Of a stretch of 64,000 nucleotides of DNA, positions 1 through 10,408 are shown piece after piece. A program made the translations under genes and the position numbers. This DNA is from Pseudomonadota bacterium (GTDB lineage Bacteria > Pseudomonadota > Alphaproteobacteria > JBCCHK01). The stretch is from contig JBCCHK010000004.1 in assembly GCA_039028835.1 (NCBI GenBank), positions 104,370-168,369 on the forward strand, written 5' to 3'. The notes beneath the pieces were generated by a model that did not search any database, was not told the DNA's origin, and worked only from the letters and a program-made list of their open reading frames with translations. Numbering within the stretch: the first letter of the stretch is position 1; the number at the start of each line of letters is the position of its first letter.

Positions 1-1503
1 AAACATCCAAACGGCGAATAAAAGCAGACGGGTCAGCAATGCGCGGGGTTACAGTAATGCCTGCGCGGGCGAAGTTTGCAACCAGCGGAGCGATGACCTT
101 TTCCATCACGGGCGAACGATAGAGAATCTCAAAGGTAAAGACCTCGCCCGTTTCGTTGTGGGTCATGACGCCGTCTTGCACCTCCCATCCGGCCCTTTTC
201 ATCAGCGCCAAGGCGGTGCGCAGATTATGACGGAAGTTCCCATCACCTTTGGTTGTGGGCAGGGTGATGGGATCGGTAAACACCCGGTCATCGATCTGGC
301 CGCGATAGGGCTCAAGGGCCGCGCGTTCTTCGGCGCTTGGCAAGCCTGAGGCCGCCATGTCCGAATTGGGAAAATAGCTCATGGTGCGAGAATAAAGGCC
401 GTAGTGCACCGTGCGCCGGGCGGTTTCAAAATCATAAAAATACTGCATCGCCTCGCGCACCCGAGGGTCTTGGAATATCCCGCGGCGCAGATTCATCATC
501 AGCCCAAGCCAATTTTTTGGCTCTTGGGAAGGAATCGCCTCCAGCTTAAGCCGCCCGTCATCGACGGCCGGCAGGCCCTCAAAGCCGGTGGTCCATTCTT
601 GCGAGCTGGAGATCGGCATATAATCGATCTGCCCCCCCTTGAAGGCCTCGGTCATAATGTTGGCATCCCGGTAATAGTCATAGCGAATCGTCGCGAAGGC
701 CAAGGTGCCCTTAACAGCAGGATGATCCGCCCCCCAATAGTCGTCCACCAGCTCATAGGTGATCGACTTGCCAGGATCGACGGCACTGATCCGGTAGGGG
801 GCACTGCCCAATGGTGGCTCCAGCGAGGTCTCATCAAAGGTGCGATCTTGCCAATAATGCTTGGGCATGATGCCAAAGGTGGCGATTTGCCGCAGCACTC
901 GCCGATTGTCCGAGTCAGGCCGGACCTTGAATTCCACCGTTACGTCATCTAAAGCCGTCACGCTGGCCACATCGTTATAGAAACGGTCGCGATAGCGCGG
1001 CGCGGCATAGGCGCGTAAGGTCTCGTGGGTGAACACCACATCCTCAGCCGTAATCGGGTGACCGTCGTGAAAGGTTGCATCCTCGCGCATGGTGATAATC
1101 AGCCACGAACGATCGGGCGCTTCATAGATATCTTGCGCAATCAGCGGATAGTAGCTAATCAGCCCTTCATCCAAGTTCACGGTCAACAACCCGTCATTGA
1201 GGTTACTGGTGCCCACCGCCGGGGTGCCCTTGACGATATGGTAGTTCAGCGAATCAAAGGTGCCGACCTGGCCGAGCACCAAGTCGCCACCAGACGGCGC
1301 ATCCGGGTTGACGTAGTCAAAATGCGGATAATCCGAGGAGTACTTGGGCGGGGTGTCGAAAATCTCTAGCGCGAAAAAAGACCGCGCGTCGCTGGGGATG
1401 GTGACTTGGGCGTATGAGGGCCCTGCAAACAAGGTGGCGGTAAGTATGGCCATCGCAAAGGGCTTAGGGCGCAAACAAGAGAAAAGAGTCATGGCGGTGC
1501 TCA
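1..1503 (-). CDS. ABC transporter substrate-binding protein, family 5 (peptide/opine type). It is partial because the C-terminus runs off the window start. The N-terminus MSTAMTLFSCLRPKPFAMAILTATLFAGPSYAQ is signal-peptide like.
   Basis: I translated the minus strand from the ATG at 1503 by hand. It gives an uninterrupted ORF to position 1 with the overall character of a periplasmic solute-binding protein family 5. It is absent from the ORF track because it is truncated by the window edge. Confidence 0.7.
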
Positions 1504-1795
1504 TAGCGTAAGGGGGTATGGGCACGAGCATAGCGAATCTTTTCCTCGCCCGACAAGCGTTGTGCGGTTTTATGGTCAGATTTCGCCGATTTGTGCTCTT
1601 TTTTTGCCCCCATTTTGCCCTCATAGCTAGGAACAGAGAGGAACATAGGTCATAAAAATGTCATGCGGGGATGGTTTTGTGGATATATTACAGGCTTTTT
1701 CCAGGGATTCTTGTTCGCTAACATTGACTTAGCGCATTTTTTCTCTAAGAATCACCGAAAGGCGGGCTTGTGATCCCAGCCGTAGACCCCGGCAG

Positions 1796-1880
1796 TGTAT
1801 GCCTGGCCGCGTATGTTCATCGATGTATGTCTGGCGATATGTATCTGGTGATGTATGCTAGGCCATGTATGTCCGGTAAC
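1796..1880 (+). repeat. Array of about six imperfect 14-bp direct repeats with core GTATGYCTGG, upstream of pal
   Basis: The sequence reads gtatgcctggccgc / gtatgttcatcgat / gtatgtctggcgat / atgtatctggtgat / gtatgctaggccat / gtatgtccggtaac. Confidence 0.6.
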
Positions 1881-2019
1881 GTGCGCAACGACGCAAGAGA
1901 GGGTCTATCGGTGTGGTTACATGATCTGCACCCTGTCTCGTTGCTCATTAGCACACGGTTCGACGAAACCCTATTTAGATGAACACTCGTTCGGGCCATT
2001 CAACGATGGAATTACAAAT

Positions 2020-2559
2020 ATGAACCTCAAAATACATCCCAAGTATCTCCTCATTGGTTTGCTTGCTGTGACTTTGTCTGCGTGTGGAACCACATCCACA
2101 GAGAGCGCCTCGGCGACCGGCTCCCAAAGTGCCAGCAGTGGGAGCAGTAGCGGCCCCGCTGTCTCAAGCACCAGCCAAGACGGTGTGGCCAGTTCAATCG
2201 CCCCCGGCTCGGCCGAAGATCTGGAAGTCAACGTCGGTGATCGCGTGTTCTTCGATTTCGACGCTTATAATCTCACCCAAGGGGCGCAAACGATCCTGCG
2301 TCGGCAAGCCCAATGGTTGCGCCAGTATCCGGCCCTCAAGATCATCATCGAAGGTCACGCTGACGAACGCGGCACCCGCGAATACAACATGGCCCTCGGT
2401 GATCGTCGTGCCAATGCCGTGCAACAGTTCCTCATTGGCCTGGGGATTGCGGCGGATCGAATCTCCACCGTCAGTTACGGCAAGGAACGCCCGGCCGTGG
2501 TCGGTAGTGGCGAGTCCGTCTGGTCTAAAAACCGCCGAGGCGTGACCCGCGTGATGTAA
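2020..2559 (+). CDS. pal: Peptidoglycan-associated lipoprotein Pal (OmpA family)
   Basis: It has a lipobox LSAC after the signal peptide and a Ser/Ala-rich linker. The OmpA-like C-terminal domain shows the motifs RVFFDFD and IEGHADERGTREYNMALGDRRA. Confidence 0.9.
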   Translation: MNLKIHPKYLLIGLLAVTLSACGTTSTESASATGSQSASSGSSSGPAVSSTSQDGVASSIAPGSAEDLEVNVGDRVFFDFDAYNLTQGAQTILRRQAQWLRQYPALKIIIEGHADERGTREYNMALGDRRANAVQQFLIGLGIAADRISTVSYGKERPAVVGSGESVWSKNRRGVTRVM

Positions 2560-2572
2560 CAGGCGCACATTT

Positions 2573-2612
2573 TATAAAAAAGGCGTTGCAGGTTTTGCCT
2601 GCAACGCCTTTT
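2573..2612 (+). terminator. Rho-independent terminator after pal
   Basis: The sequence aaaaaaggcgttgcaggttttgcctgcaacgccttttttg is a perfect GC-rich stem followed by a T-run. Confidence 0.8.
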
Positions 2613-2838
2613 TTGTAACCCGTGCAAGACCGAAGGTGTTGCGATAAGGATAAAATGGTAATATATTGAACAGAAGTCCTTGAAAATGAATAGTCATCGC
2701 TCATGAGAGGCAATCTACTCATGGACTATGCGTTCCCATCAGGCAACCCGAGCAAGCAAGCAATCCGTTGCTCAAGCCTCACCACATGTCTTTTCTTTTC
2801 ATAAGGAAAGTTATAAAGAAAATTATAAGGAAATTATC

Positions 2839-3384
2839 ATGAGTGACCTCAAGAAAATTATTCAAGAAACCCAGGAGGCCTTCAAGCAAGAGCCTTCTCG
2901 TGCGCGGGCGGTTTTTGAGTCCCGTTCCGTCTTAGGGAAGGGGTTACGTTCGACGGCAACCATGCGGCACCATGAAATCACCGTGGATGAGCCCGAAAGC
3001 CTAGGTGGTAGCGATGCAGGTCCCAATCCGGTGGAGCTGATTCTCGCGGCCTTGGGGACGTGCCAGGAAATTACCTACCGCGCTTATGCGACGGCCTTGG
3101 GGATCGATCTTCAGTCGGTGTCGGTGTCGCTGCGCGGCGATATCGATCTGCGGGGCTTTTTTGCGGTGGATGATAAGGTGCGCCCAGGCTATGAGTCCAT
3201 CTTTGGTGATGTAGAAATCGTCTCCGATGCCAGTGTGGAAGAGCTTAACAAATTGAAAGAGGCGGTGAATGCCCATTGCCCCGTGTTGGACATTATTGCC
3301 AAGCCTGTGCCCGTTGACCTGGGCATCATCCACATGCCTGCCACGACTTGGGAAAACAGTCAACGTGCGCCTGGTCGTTCTTGA
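2839..3384 (+). CDS. OsmC/Ohr family peroxiredoxin-like protein
   Basis: The motif GPNPVELILAALGTCQ and the C-terminal HCPV are typical of OsmC-like proteins. The start MSDLKK is preceded by a short AT-rich duplication. Confidence 0.75.
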   Translation: MSDLKKIIQETQEAFKQEPSRARAVFESRSVLGKGLRSTATMRHHEITVDEPESLGGSDAGPNPVELILAALGTCQEITYRAYATALGIDLQSVSVSLRGDIDLRGFFAVDDKVRPGYESIFGDVEIVSDASVEELNKLKEAVNAHCPVLDIIAKPVPVDLGIIHMPATTWENSQRAPGRS

Positions 3385-3938
3385 TCATTCTCGCGCGCTT
3401 GGGCATCTCTGCTTCATGTTTGCGCACGGGGTGGCGGTGGTTTTGTGTCATAAAGTATAAAAAAGGTGCCTTATGCGCGCGTCAGCCAAAGAGGTTTTGC
3501 GTGCCGCCAGAAGGGCATCCTTTTCCTCATAGCGAGTCACGTGGTCATGGAGTCTTGATGATTTTTTCGTGTGCCGGTTTTCCTTGTGCTTGAGGTCTAT
3601 AAAATAAAATCCCGAAATACAGAGCAAAAGCCATTACCGCGCCCGGATGAGGTAAGCCTTAGGTGCTCATTTTGTCAAAAGACACCGGAGGCTTTGCCCT
3701 GAGGACCTTTTTTGTCTTTCGTATTTGTGGGTGCTGTCGGCAAGAGGCGATACGTGTGGATAAAATAACAAAAATAACGGTATAGGGAACAAAAATCGAG
3801 CATGCTGGGGTCATATCTGTTCTTACAGTTCTAAGACCAAGCCAAGCCCGCCCTACCCCAGTTGGGCGTCAGGTATCCCCGCCCAAGACCACCGAAGGCC
3901 TGTTAAGGCTTTCTAGGGCTTTGGCGAACAGATGTAAT

Positions 3939-3981
3939 CGCCCCCGCGCGCACCTCCTCCCATTTGCGTGGGGGCGATTTT
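3939..3981 (+). terminator. Hairpin cgcccccgcgcgcac...gtgcgtgggggcg followed by ATTTT. It may be the terminator of an unannotated small RNA in the 720-bp gene-free region.
   Basis: It is an inverted repeat followed by a short T-run. No protein-coding gene lies upstream within 550 bp. Confidence 0.25.
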
Positions 3982-4105
3982 CCCAAATCGGCGAGCAAAA
4001 CCAATTATCAAGGCTGATGATTAAGGCCGGTTGTCAAGAACCCGATTTGCGCTATGATAAGCGCGCCCGGCAAGCCAGCCGGGTCCTCGCCCCTAGGGCG
4101 AGGCT

Positions 4106-4181
<76 letters not shown>

Positions 4182-4184
4182 TCA

Positions 4185-4228
4185 TTTTTTTCGCATTTTT
4201 TTCGCATTTTTTTCGCATTTTTTTCGGC
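4185..4228 (+). repeat. 11-bp tandem repeat TTTTTTTCGCA in about four copies, immediately 3' of tRNA-Phe
   Basis: There are three perfect copies and one imperfect copy, directly visible in the sequence. Confidence 0.8.
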
Positions 4229-4369
4229 CATCTTTCCGGTTACTTACCGGTTATCTCACGATCATCTGGTCTCAAGCGAGGTTTGCGGCTAAGCGGGGTT
4301 GTGCGTGAATGATGGGTATTCCTGCAAAGTCCCCCTAAAGTCCCAAAAACGTGTAAGGCGCGGTGTTTT

Positions 4370-5560
4370 ATGACCATATCCACCATGACCGCTGACAAGG
4401 TTGCCGGCAAAACCGTGCTCGTGCGCGCTGATCTCAACGTGCCGATGCGTGAGGGGATCATCACCAACGATGCCCGCCTGCGCGCTATTATGCCGAGCTT
4501 GGATTTGCTCGGTCAGGCGGGTGCGAAAACCATCCTCATCAGCCACTTAGGTCGGCCCAAGGGTAAGCCCGATCCGACTCTCTCGCTCGCGCCGGTTGCC
4601 CGTGGCTTGCAAGAGGTCATGGGCCGGCCCGTCGGGTTTTGTGCGCACACCACCGGTGCGGCGGCAGCCCGCGCGATTGCCGCGCTTTCTGCGGGGGATG
4701 TCTTGGTGCTGGAAAACCTGCGCTTTGCTCCAGGCGAAGAAGCCAACGACTCAGCCTTTGCGCAAGCGTTAGCCGATCTGGGCGAGATTTACGTCAATGA
4801 CGGGTTTTCGGTCTCCCACCGGGCGCACGCCTCCACCCACGAACTGGCTAGGCGGCTTCCGGCCTTTGCTGGCCTTGCGCTCGCACGAGAGCTTGCGATG
4901 CTGGCGCGCGTCCTGGAAAAACCGGATCGTCCGCTGATGGCTCTGGTGGGCGGGGCTAAGGTCTCCACCAAACTTGGGGTCTTGCATCACCTGCTAAGCC
5001 AGGTGGATGTGCTCGCCATTGGTGGGGCGATGGCCAACACCTTTTTGCTGGCGCAAGACCTGCCGATCGGCGCATCTTTGGCCGAGCATGAGATGACCAA
5101 TCAAGCGCGCACGATTTTAGACCAGGCGGCGGCGCAAAACCGCCCGGTTCTGTTGCCCATCGATGTGGTGGTCGCGTCTGAATTAAAGCCGGCCCTCGCA
5201 ACCGCGATCAAACCGGTGCATGAGGTCGCCAGCAAGGACATGATTTTAGATTTGGGGCCAGCCACCGTTGCGGCCTGGACGAGGGAGATAGACAAGATGC
5301 GGACGTTGGTCTGGAATGGTCCTGTCGGTGCGTTTGAGGTGCCGCCCTTTGACCGCGCATCGGTGGATTTGGCTCATACCATTGCCGCGCGGGTCAGGGG
5401 CGGATCGTTGGCCTGCATCGGTGGCGGGGGGGATACCCTGGCGTGTCTGGCTAAGGCCGATGTGATCGAGGACATGACCTATGTATCCACCGCAGGCGGC
5501 GCTTTTTTAGAATGGTTGGAGGGGCGGGAACTTCCCGGTGTGGCGGTGCTCTCGTCGTGA
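4370..5560 (+). CDS. pgk: Phosphoglycerate kinase
   Basis: PGK N-terminal motifs are present (VLVRADLNVP, ISHLGRPKG). An alternative start is at 4385. Confidence 0.92.
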   Translation: MTISTMTADKVAGKTVLVRADLNVPMREGIITNDARLRAIMPSLDLLGQAGAKTILISHLGRPKGKPDPTLSLAPVARGLQEVMGRPVGFCAHTTGAAAARAIAALSAGDVLVLENLRFAPGEEANDSAFAQALADLGEIYVNDGFSVSHRAHASTHELARRLPAFAGLALARELAMLARVLEKPDRPLMALVGGAKVSTKLGVLHHLLSQVDVLAIGGAMANTFLLAQDLPIGASLAEHEMTNQARTILDQAAAQNRPVLLPIDVVVASELKPALATAIKPVHEVASKDMILDLGPATVAAWTREIDKMRTLVWNGPVGAFEVPPFDRASVDLAHTIAARVRGGSLACIGGGGDTLACLAKADVIEDMTYVSTAGGAFLEWLEGRELPGVAVLSS

Positions 5561-5602
5561 CAAGGGCTCTATCTTAGCAAGAGAGAAACCATCGAGATTG
5601 TT

Positions 5603-6364
5603 TTATGGGATGGGATTTTCTTTAACAAACTCATCACGCAGATGATTGATGTGCAAGCGGCGCTCTAAAAAAAGGCCCACAATAATCGCCAGCGCAATCG
5701 ACAGCCAGAAAATCGTATACGCCAGATCATTGTTGCTTAAGGTCAGCACGGAAGGCTCATCGCTGATCGCGCCTTCAGCCACGGCTGATGAGTCAGGGCC
5801 CAACACCAGCACTAGAGGCCAGTATTGTTCGACGTGCAAACGCTCGGCAATGGCCGAGATATCCACCCGGCGGAGTTGCTCGGTTTGATGGGTGTTGATG
5901 CTACGCTCGAGTTGCCCGGGAGGGAGCAAGAAACCAGTGGCGGTGATCGATTCGAGGCGTTCGATGGGCTGAAAAACGGCACCCCGTTCGATCCAACCCC
6001 GGTCCACCAGCACGTAACTGCCGCCGTTGGTAGGGAACATCATAGAAAAGACTCGCCGTCCGACCAGACCAAAACGCGTGATCCCATCGATCACTACGGT
6101 GTTTTGTGGGTCAAACCAACCGGTAACCGAGGCCTGGCGATAAATCCATTCGCCGTAGTGCTGGGGGGGGTGACGCGGCAACATTTTTACTGGTTGCGCG
6201 GTGCTTTGATAGATAATGTTGGTATAGGCGGTGGCTTCGATGGTGCGGGCAGAAAACCATAGACTCATAAGAATAGCGATCGCGCAAATCATGCGCAGGG
6301 TGATGACGATAATCCCGCGATAGGGCGCAAAAAAAGCGCGGATAATCTCCAGTTTTTCCATCAT
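5603..6364 (-). CDS. SURF1 family cytochrome oxidase assembly protein
   Basis: It has N- and C-terminal TM helices flanking a periplasmic domain of SURF1 type. It is alone here, not next to the cta genes. Confidence 0.7.
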   Translation of the reverse strand: MMEKLEIIRAFFAPYRGIIVITLRMICAIAILMSLWFSARTIEATAYTNIIYQSTAQPVKMLPRHPPQHYGEWIYRQASVTGWFDPQNTVVIDGITRFGLVGRRVFSMMFPTNGGSYVLVDRGWIERGAVFQPIERLESITATGFLLPPGQLERSINTHQTEQLRRVDISAIAERLHVEQYWPLVLVLGPDSSAVAEGAISDEPSVLTLSNNDLAYTIFWLSIALAIIVGLFLERRLHINHLRDEFVKENPIP

Positions 6365-6456
6365 TTTTTAGGTTAATGCTTCTCTTATTTGCTTTGTTTG
6401 CTTGCCTGTTGTCATGATCCGTCTACTTTCTGAAAGCAGAAGATTCCTTGGTTTGC

Positions 6457-9159
6457 TTAAGGGGCTTGGGATATATTTTTATCCGTCGATGCATCAACAT
6501 CATGGGCTTGGCCTGGGATATTTTCTTTATCCACCTTATTCGCTTTATCTTCTTTATCTGTTTTTTCTGTTTTCTGAGTTGTGCTGGTCCCGTTTGAGGC
6601 CTGGTTAATCACAAAATCTAGCGTATCACCCTTAAGGTCTGTTGTCACTTGTGCGCCGTCGGATAGATCACCAGCCAGCAAGGCATTGGCGAGGGGATTC
6701 TCCAGTTCCTCTTGCATTGTGCGCTTAAGAGGTCGTGCGCCGAAGACCGGATCGTAGCCCCGCTGTGCCAGCCAATTGCGTGCGGCTTCGCTTAAGGTGA
6801 GGGTAATATCGCGCTCGGCCAGGCGCGCATCCAGGGCCCGTAATTGCAGGTCTACAATGCCGCCCATGTGCGTGCGGCTCAGGCGGTTAAAGACTAGGAT
6901 ATCATCCAACCGGTTGAGAAACTCGGGCCGGAAATGTTGATGAACGGCGGCGAGCACCTGCTTGCTCGGCGGTGTGTCCTCATCGGCGTCGCTAAAATGC
7001 TCGCTACCCAGGTTGCTGGTCATGATGATGATGGTATTGCGAAAGTCCACCGTGCGGCCTTGTCCGTCGGTGAGCCGACCATCATCGAGAACTTGCAGAA
7101 GAATATGAAAAACGTCTGCGTGCGCTTTTTCTATCTCATCAAACAAGATGACCTGATAGGGGCGGCGGCGAATCGACTCGGTCAAGCTGCCGCCTTGCTC
7201 AAAGCCAACATAGCCAGGAGGTGCGCCGATCAGGCGGGCGACGGCGTGTTTTTCCATAAACTCTGACATGTCGATGCGCGTCATGGCCATTCGGTCATTA
7301 AAGAGAAACTCAGCCAAAGCCTTGGTCAGTTCGGTCTTGCCAACCCCAGTAGGGCCACAAAACAAAAAGGTGCCCAAAGGGCGATCAGGGTCATTCAGCC
7401 CCGCGCGCGCCCGGCGGATCGCCTTGGTGATTGTGCTAACCGCATGGTCCTGGCCGATGACGTGGCTGGCGAGCACGTCTTCCATCGCCAGCAGTTTTTG
7501 CCGATCTCCCTCCAGCATGCGCCCCGCAGGGATTCCGGTCCAGCGTGAGACAACCGAGGCGATATCATCTGTTGTCACCTCTTCACGAACCAGACCGCCG
7601 GATTTATTATCTTGAGCGTTTTCTATCTTTTTTTCCAGCTTGGGAATCTGGTCATAGGATAATTCACCTGCACGCGCCCAATCCCCCTGCCGTTGGGCGG
7701 CGGCGAGCTCGTTGCGGGCTTGTTCTAGGTCTTGCTTGAGGCGCGATTGGGCGGTGAGGGCTGATTTTTCTGCCTGCCATTCGTCGTTCATCTTTTGCGC
7801 TTGCGCTTCAAGCCTGCCGAGCGACTCATCGATCACGCCTAAACGGTCTTTCGAGCCCTCGTCGTTTTCTTTACGCAGGGCTTCACGCTCCACCTTCATC
7901 TGGATGATCCGCCGATCCAACTCATCCAGTTTTTCAGGCTTGCTGTCGACCTGCATGCGGACCCGGGCGGCGGCTTCGTCCACCAGATCGATGGCCTTAT
8001 CAGGTAAAAAACGATCAGAAATGTATCGATTGGACAGCTCGGTGGCGGTCACCAGAGCCGCATCGGTGATCCGCACCCGGTGGTGCATCTCATACTTTTC
8101 TTTGAGACCGCGCAGGATCGATACGGTATCTAAAACGGTGGGTTCGCTCGCATAGATGGGTGAGAATCGTCGGGTCAGAGCGGCGTCTTTTTCCACATGC
8201 TGGCGATATTCGTCCAGTGTGGTCGCACCAATACAGTGCAGCTCGCCGCGTGCCAAGGCGGGCTTGAGCATATTAGAGGCATCCATCGCGCCGTCCGCGC
8301 GTCCCGCTCCCACCAAGGTGTGGAGCTCATCGATGAACAGGATGATTTTGCCCGCCGCGCGAGTCACTTCCCCCAAGACGGTTTTCAAGCGTTCTTCGAA
8401 ATCACCGCGGTACTTCGCGCCGGCGATGAGGGCCCCTAGATCCAGCGATAACAGCAGCTTATCGCGCAGGGCCTCAGGCACATCGCCGCTGACAATCCGC
8501 TGGGCGAGTCCTTCGACAATGGCGGTCTTGCCGACGCCGGGCTCGCCGATCAGGACAGGGTTGTTTTTCGTCCGACGAGCGAGCACCTGGATCGTGCGGC
8601 GGATTTCCTCATCTCGGCCAATGACGGGATCGAGCTTGCCAGCGCGGGCATCAGCGGTGAGATCGCGGGCGTATTTTTTTAAGGCCTCGCGCTGGTCTTC
8701 GCTGTTGGGGTCATCAGCGGCGCGGCCTTGGCGGGTGGTGTTCACAGCGGCCTCAAGGTTGGCGGCGCTAATCCCGGCTTGGGCCATGTCTTGGTGCAGG
8801 CTGGAGTGCTGGGGCTGGCAGGCGGCCTGCAAGATGCGATCGGTGGTCACGAATCGGTCGCCGCTTTTATCGGCCAAGGCTTCGGCGGCGTTAAGTAGCT
8901 TACTTAAGGCCGGCGCGGGATAGATCTGAGAATCCGAGCTCTGCACGCGCGGTAGGGCGTCCAGCCTTGCATGCAGGGCGTTGCGCAGCTTTTGTGGGTC
9001 GCCGCCTGCGGTCTGGATTAGCTCATTGGTTTGATCTTGGGTGAGCAGGCTGGCAAGCAAGTGCTCGGGGTGCAGGTGCTGATGGTGGCGCGCCGCCGCG
9101 AGCGCCTGCATATCCGCAAGGGTTTGTTTTAGCCGGGTAGAAAAACGTTCAAAATTCAT
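6457..9159 (-). CDS. clpB: ATP-dependent chaperone ClpB
   Basis: The start is MNFERF. There are two AAA+ modules (GEPGVGKT and GPTGVGKT Walker A motifs) and a middle coiled coil. There is also an unusual 45-aa K/D/E/T-rich C-terminal tail. Confidence 0.92.
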   Translation of the reverse strand: MNFERFSTRLKQTLADMQALAAARHHQHLHPEHLLASLLTQDQTNELIQTAGGDPQKLRNALHARLDALPRVQSSDSQIYPAPALSKLLNAAEALADKSGDRFVTTDRILQAACQPQHSSLHQDMAQAGISAANLEAAVNTTRQGRAADDPNSEDQREALKKYARDLTADARAGKLDPVIGRDEEIRRTIQVLARRTKNNPVLIGEPGVGKTAIVEGLAQRIVSGDVPEALRDKLLLSLDLGALIAGAKYRGDFEERLKTVLGEVTRAAGKIILFIDELHTLVGAGRADGAMDASNMLKPALARGELHCIGATTLDEYRQHVEKDAALTRRFSPIYASEPTVLDTVSILRGLKEKYEMHHRVRITDAALVTATELSNRYISDRFLPDKAIDLVDEAAARVRMQVDSKPEKLDELDRRIIQMKVEREALRKENDEGSKDRLGVIDESLGRLEAQAQKMNDEWQAEKSALTAQSRLKQDLEQARNELAAAQRQGDWARAGELSYDQIPKLEKKIENAQDNKSGGLVREEVTTDDIASVVSRWTGIPAGRMLEGDRQKLLAMEDVLASHVIGQDHAVSTITKAIRRARAGLNDPDRPLGTFLFCGPTGVGKTELTKALAEFLFNDRMAMTRIDMSEFMEKHAVARLIGAPPGYVGFEQGGSLTESIRRRPYQVILFDEIEKAHADVFHILLQVLDDGRLTDGQGRTVDFRNTIIIMTSNLGSEHFSDADEDTPPSKQVLAAVHQHFRPEFLNRLDDILVFNRLSRTHMGGIVDLQLRALDARLAERDITLTLSEAARNWLAQRGYDPVFGARPLKRTMQEELENPLANALLAGDLSDGAQVTTDLKGDTLDFVINQASNGTSTTQKTEKTDKEDKANKVDKENIPGQAHDVDASTDKNISQAP

Positions 9160-9226
9160 AAAAATCTCGCAAGCAAACAACAGGATATCATGGCATTAAC
9201 CTTATTTATCGTATCCTTACTTATCT

Positions 9227-9256
9227 TATATGGTGTCGCCTGGAGGGTAATTCCAG
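9227..9256 (-). promoter_or_regulatory. Candidate sigma32-type heat-shock promoter for clpB (CTGGAAT-N15-CACCATAT on the minus strand)
   Basis: The reverse complement contains ctggaattaccctccaggcgacaccatat, which is loosely similar to CTTGAAA-N13-15-CCCCATNT. Confidence 0.3.
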
Positions 9257-9332
9257 TGGGGCAGAGTCTTTTCCGGGTCGCGTATCACCGGTCTCTTATG
9301 ACAGGAGAGAACAAGTCTAGGCTGGGTTAGGC

Positions 9333-10103
9333 TTGCCTGAGGCGCTTTTTACGCAGGTTTATCTAGGATTTGCTGTGGAAGACCATCGTCATCTGTTCCA
9401 GTCCTTTGGCGACACCCATCGCGGCGCCGTGCGCGAGCTTAACGAAGATCGCTTTTTGTGCGCGGATGAAGCCGGGCTGTGGGCCGTGGCCGATGGGATG
9501 GGTGGCGGCGATGCGGGCGATTACGCCAGCACCTTGGTGATCGATAGCCTTCATGAAATCACCACCTCGCGCTTAGCGTCCATGGCGCGGGCGGTGCGGG
9601 CACGCCTGCGCGACGCACATCAGTGCTTACGCAAAGAGGCTCTGGCGCGTGGCCACCGGGTAACCATCGGGAGCACCGTGGTGGTGCTATTATCTGATGG
9701 CGCGGACTATCTGATTTTATGGGTTGGGGATAGTCGGGTGTATGATTTTGATGGGCAGACCTTACGCCAACGCTCCCGCGATCACAGCCTAGTGCAAGAA
9801 ATGGTGGATACGGGGCAACTCACGTCTGAGCAGGCGCGCGATCATCCACGGGCGAACATTATCACCCGCGCCATTGGTGCGGCGGGTGATCTCCGGGTCG
9901 ATGAGGTAGGCGGCGCGATCACGCCTGAGCAGACCTTTTTGCTGTGCTCGGACGGGATCACCCATGCTTGCGCGCCGCCGGTCATCAGCCAGGCTCTGCA
10001 GGCGGCTACGCCAGAGAGGGCCGTCCAGACCTTGATGACGCACGCCTTACAAGCGCGCGCGCGCGATAACATCACGGCGGTGGTGGTGCGACCAAAAGGC
10101 TAG
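9333..10103 (+). CDS. PP2C-family Ser/Thr protein phosphatase
   Basis: The motifs RELNEDRF, ADGMGGGDAGDYAS and LLCSDG are present. The true start may be downstream of 9333. Confidence 0.75.
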   Translation: MPEALFTQVYLGFAVEDHRHLFQSFGDTHRGAVRELNEDRFLCADEAGLWAVADGMGGGDAGDYASTLVIDSLHEITTSRLASMARAVRARLRDAHQCLRKEALARGHRVTIGSTVVVLLSDGADYLILWVGDSRVYDFDGQTLRQRSRDHSLVQEMVDTGQLTSEQARDHPRANIITRAIGAAGDLRVDEVGGAITPEQTFLLCSDGITHACAPPVISQALQAATPERAVQTLMTHALQARARDNITAVVVRPKG

Positions 10104-10149
10104 CGCGCTGGTGGCTTGACAGGCCTGTTGATATCGGCAACCGTGAGAG

Positions 10150-10260
10150 ATATCCCTGGGGTGCCCGCAAAAAACAATGTCGCAAGACATCGTTTCATCA
10201 TGCGGGCTGAGAGGACAACCCAACGAACCTGATCCGGATCATACCGGCGAAGGGAGGGAT
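10150..10260 (+). promoter_or_regulatory. TPP (THI-box) riboswitch controlling thiBPQ
   Basis: The sequence ggggtgcccgc...gcgggctgagagg...acccaacgaacctgatccggatcataccggcgaagggag matches the conserved TPP aptamer. It is followed by complementary gcaaaacgcaaaac / tttgcgtttttgc segments and a T-run (10262-10347) that look like a terminator/antiterminator platform. Confidence 0.88.
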
Positions 10261-10408
10261 GCAAAACGCAAAACGGATGGTGCGGGCGTTCTATAACGCC
10301 CGCCGTCATCACGACGTCTGCTTTTTTATCTTTGCGTTTTTGCGTCGTACCCCCAAGGATTGAACAATCCGATCGATGGATTTTCATCGATACAATCCAA
10401 CGAGGGGT

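Noticed and set aside
404-1369. Plus-strand ORFs 404..952 and 1025..1369
   Set aside because: They lie entirely inside, and antisense to, the well-supported minus-strand ABC substrate-binding protein gene.
6934-8923. Several plus-strand ORFs (for example 7712..8155 and 8156..8923) inside clpB
   Set aside because: They are antisense to the highly conserved clpB gene, and their composition is Ser/Arg/Ala-rich nonsense.
10100-10387. 95-aa minus-strand ORF
   Set aside because: It overlaps the TPP riboswitch and the thiB leader on the opposite strand and has no motifs.
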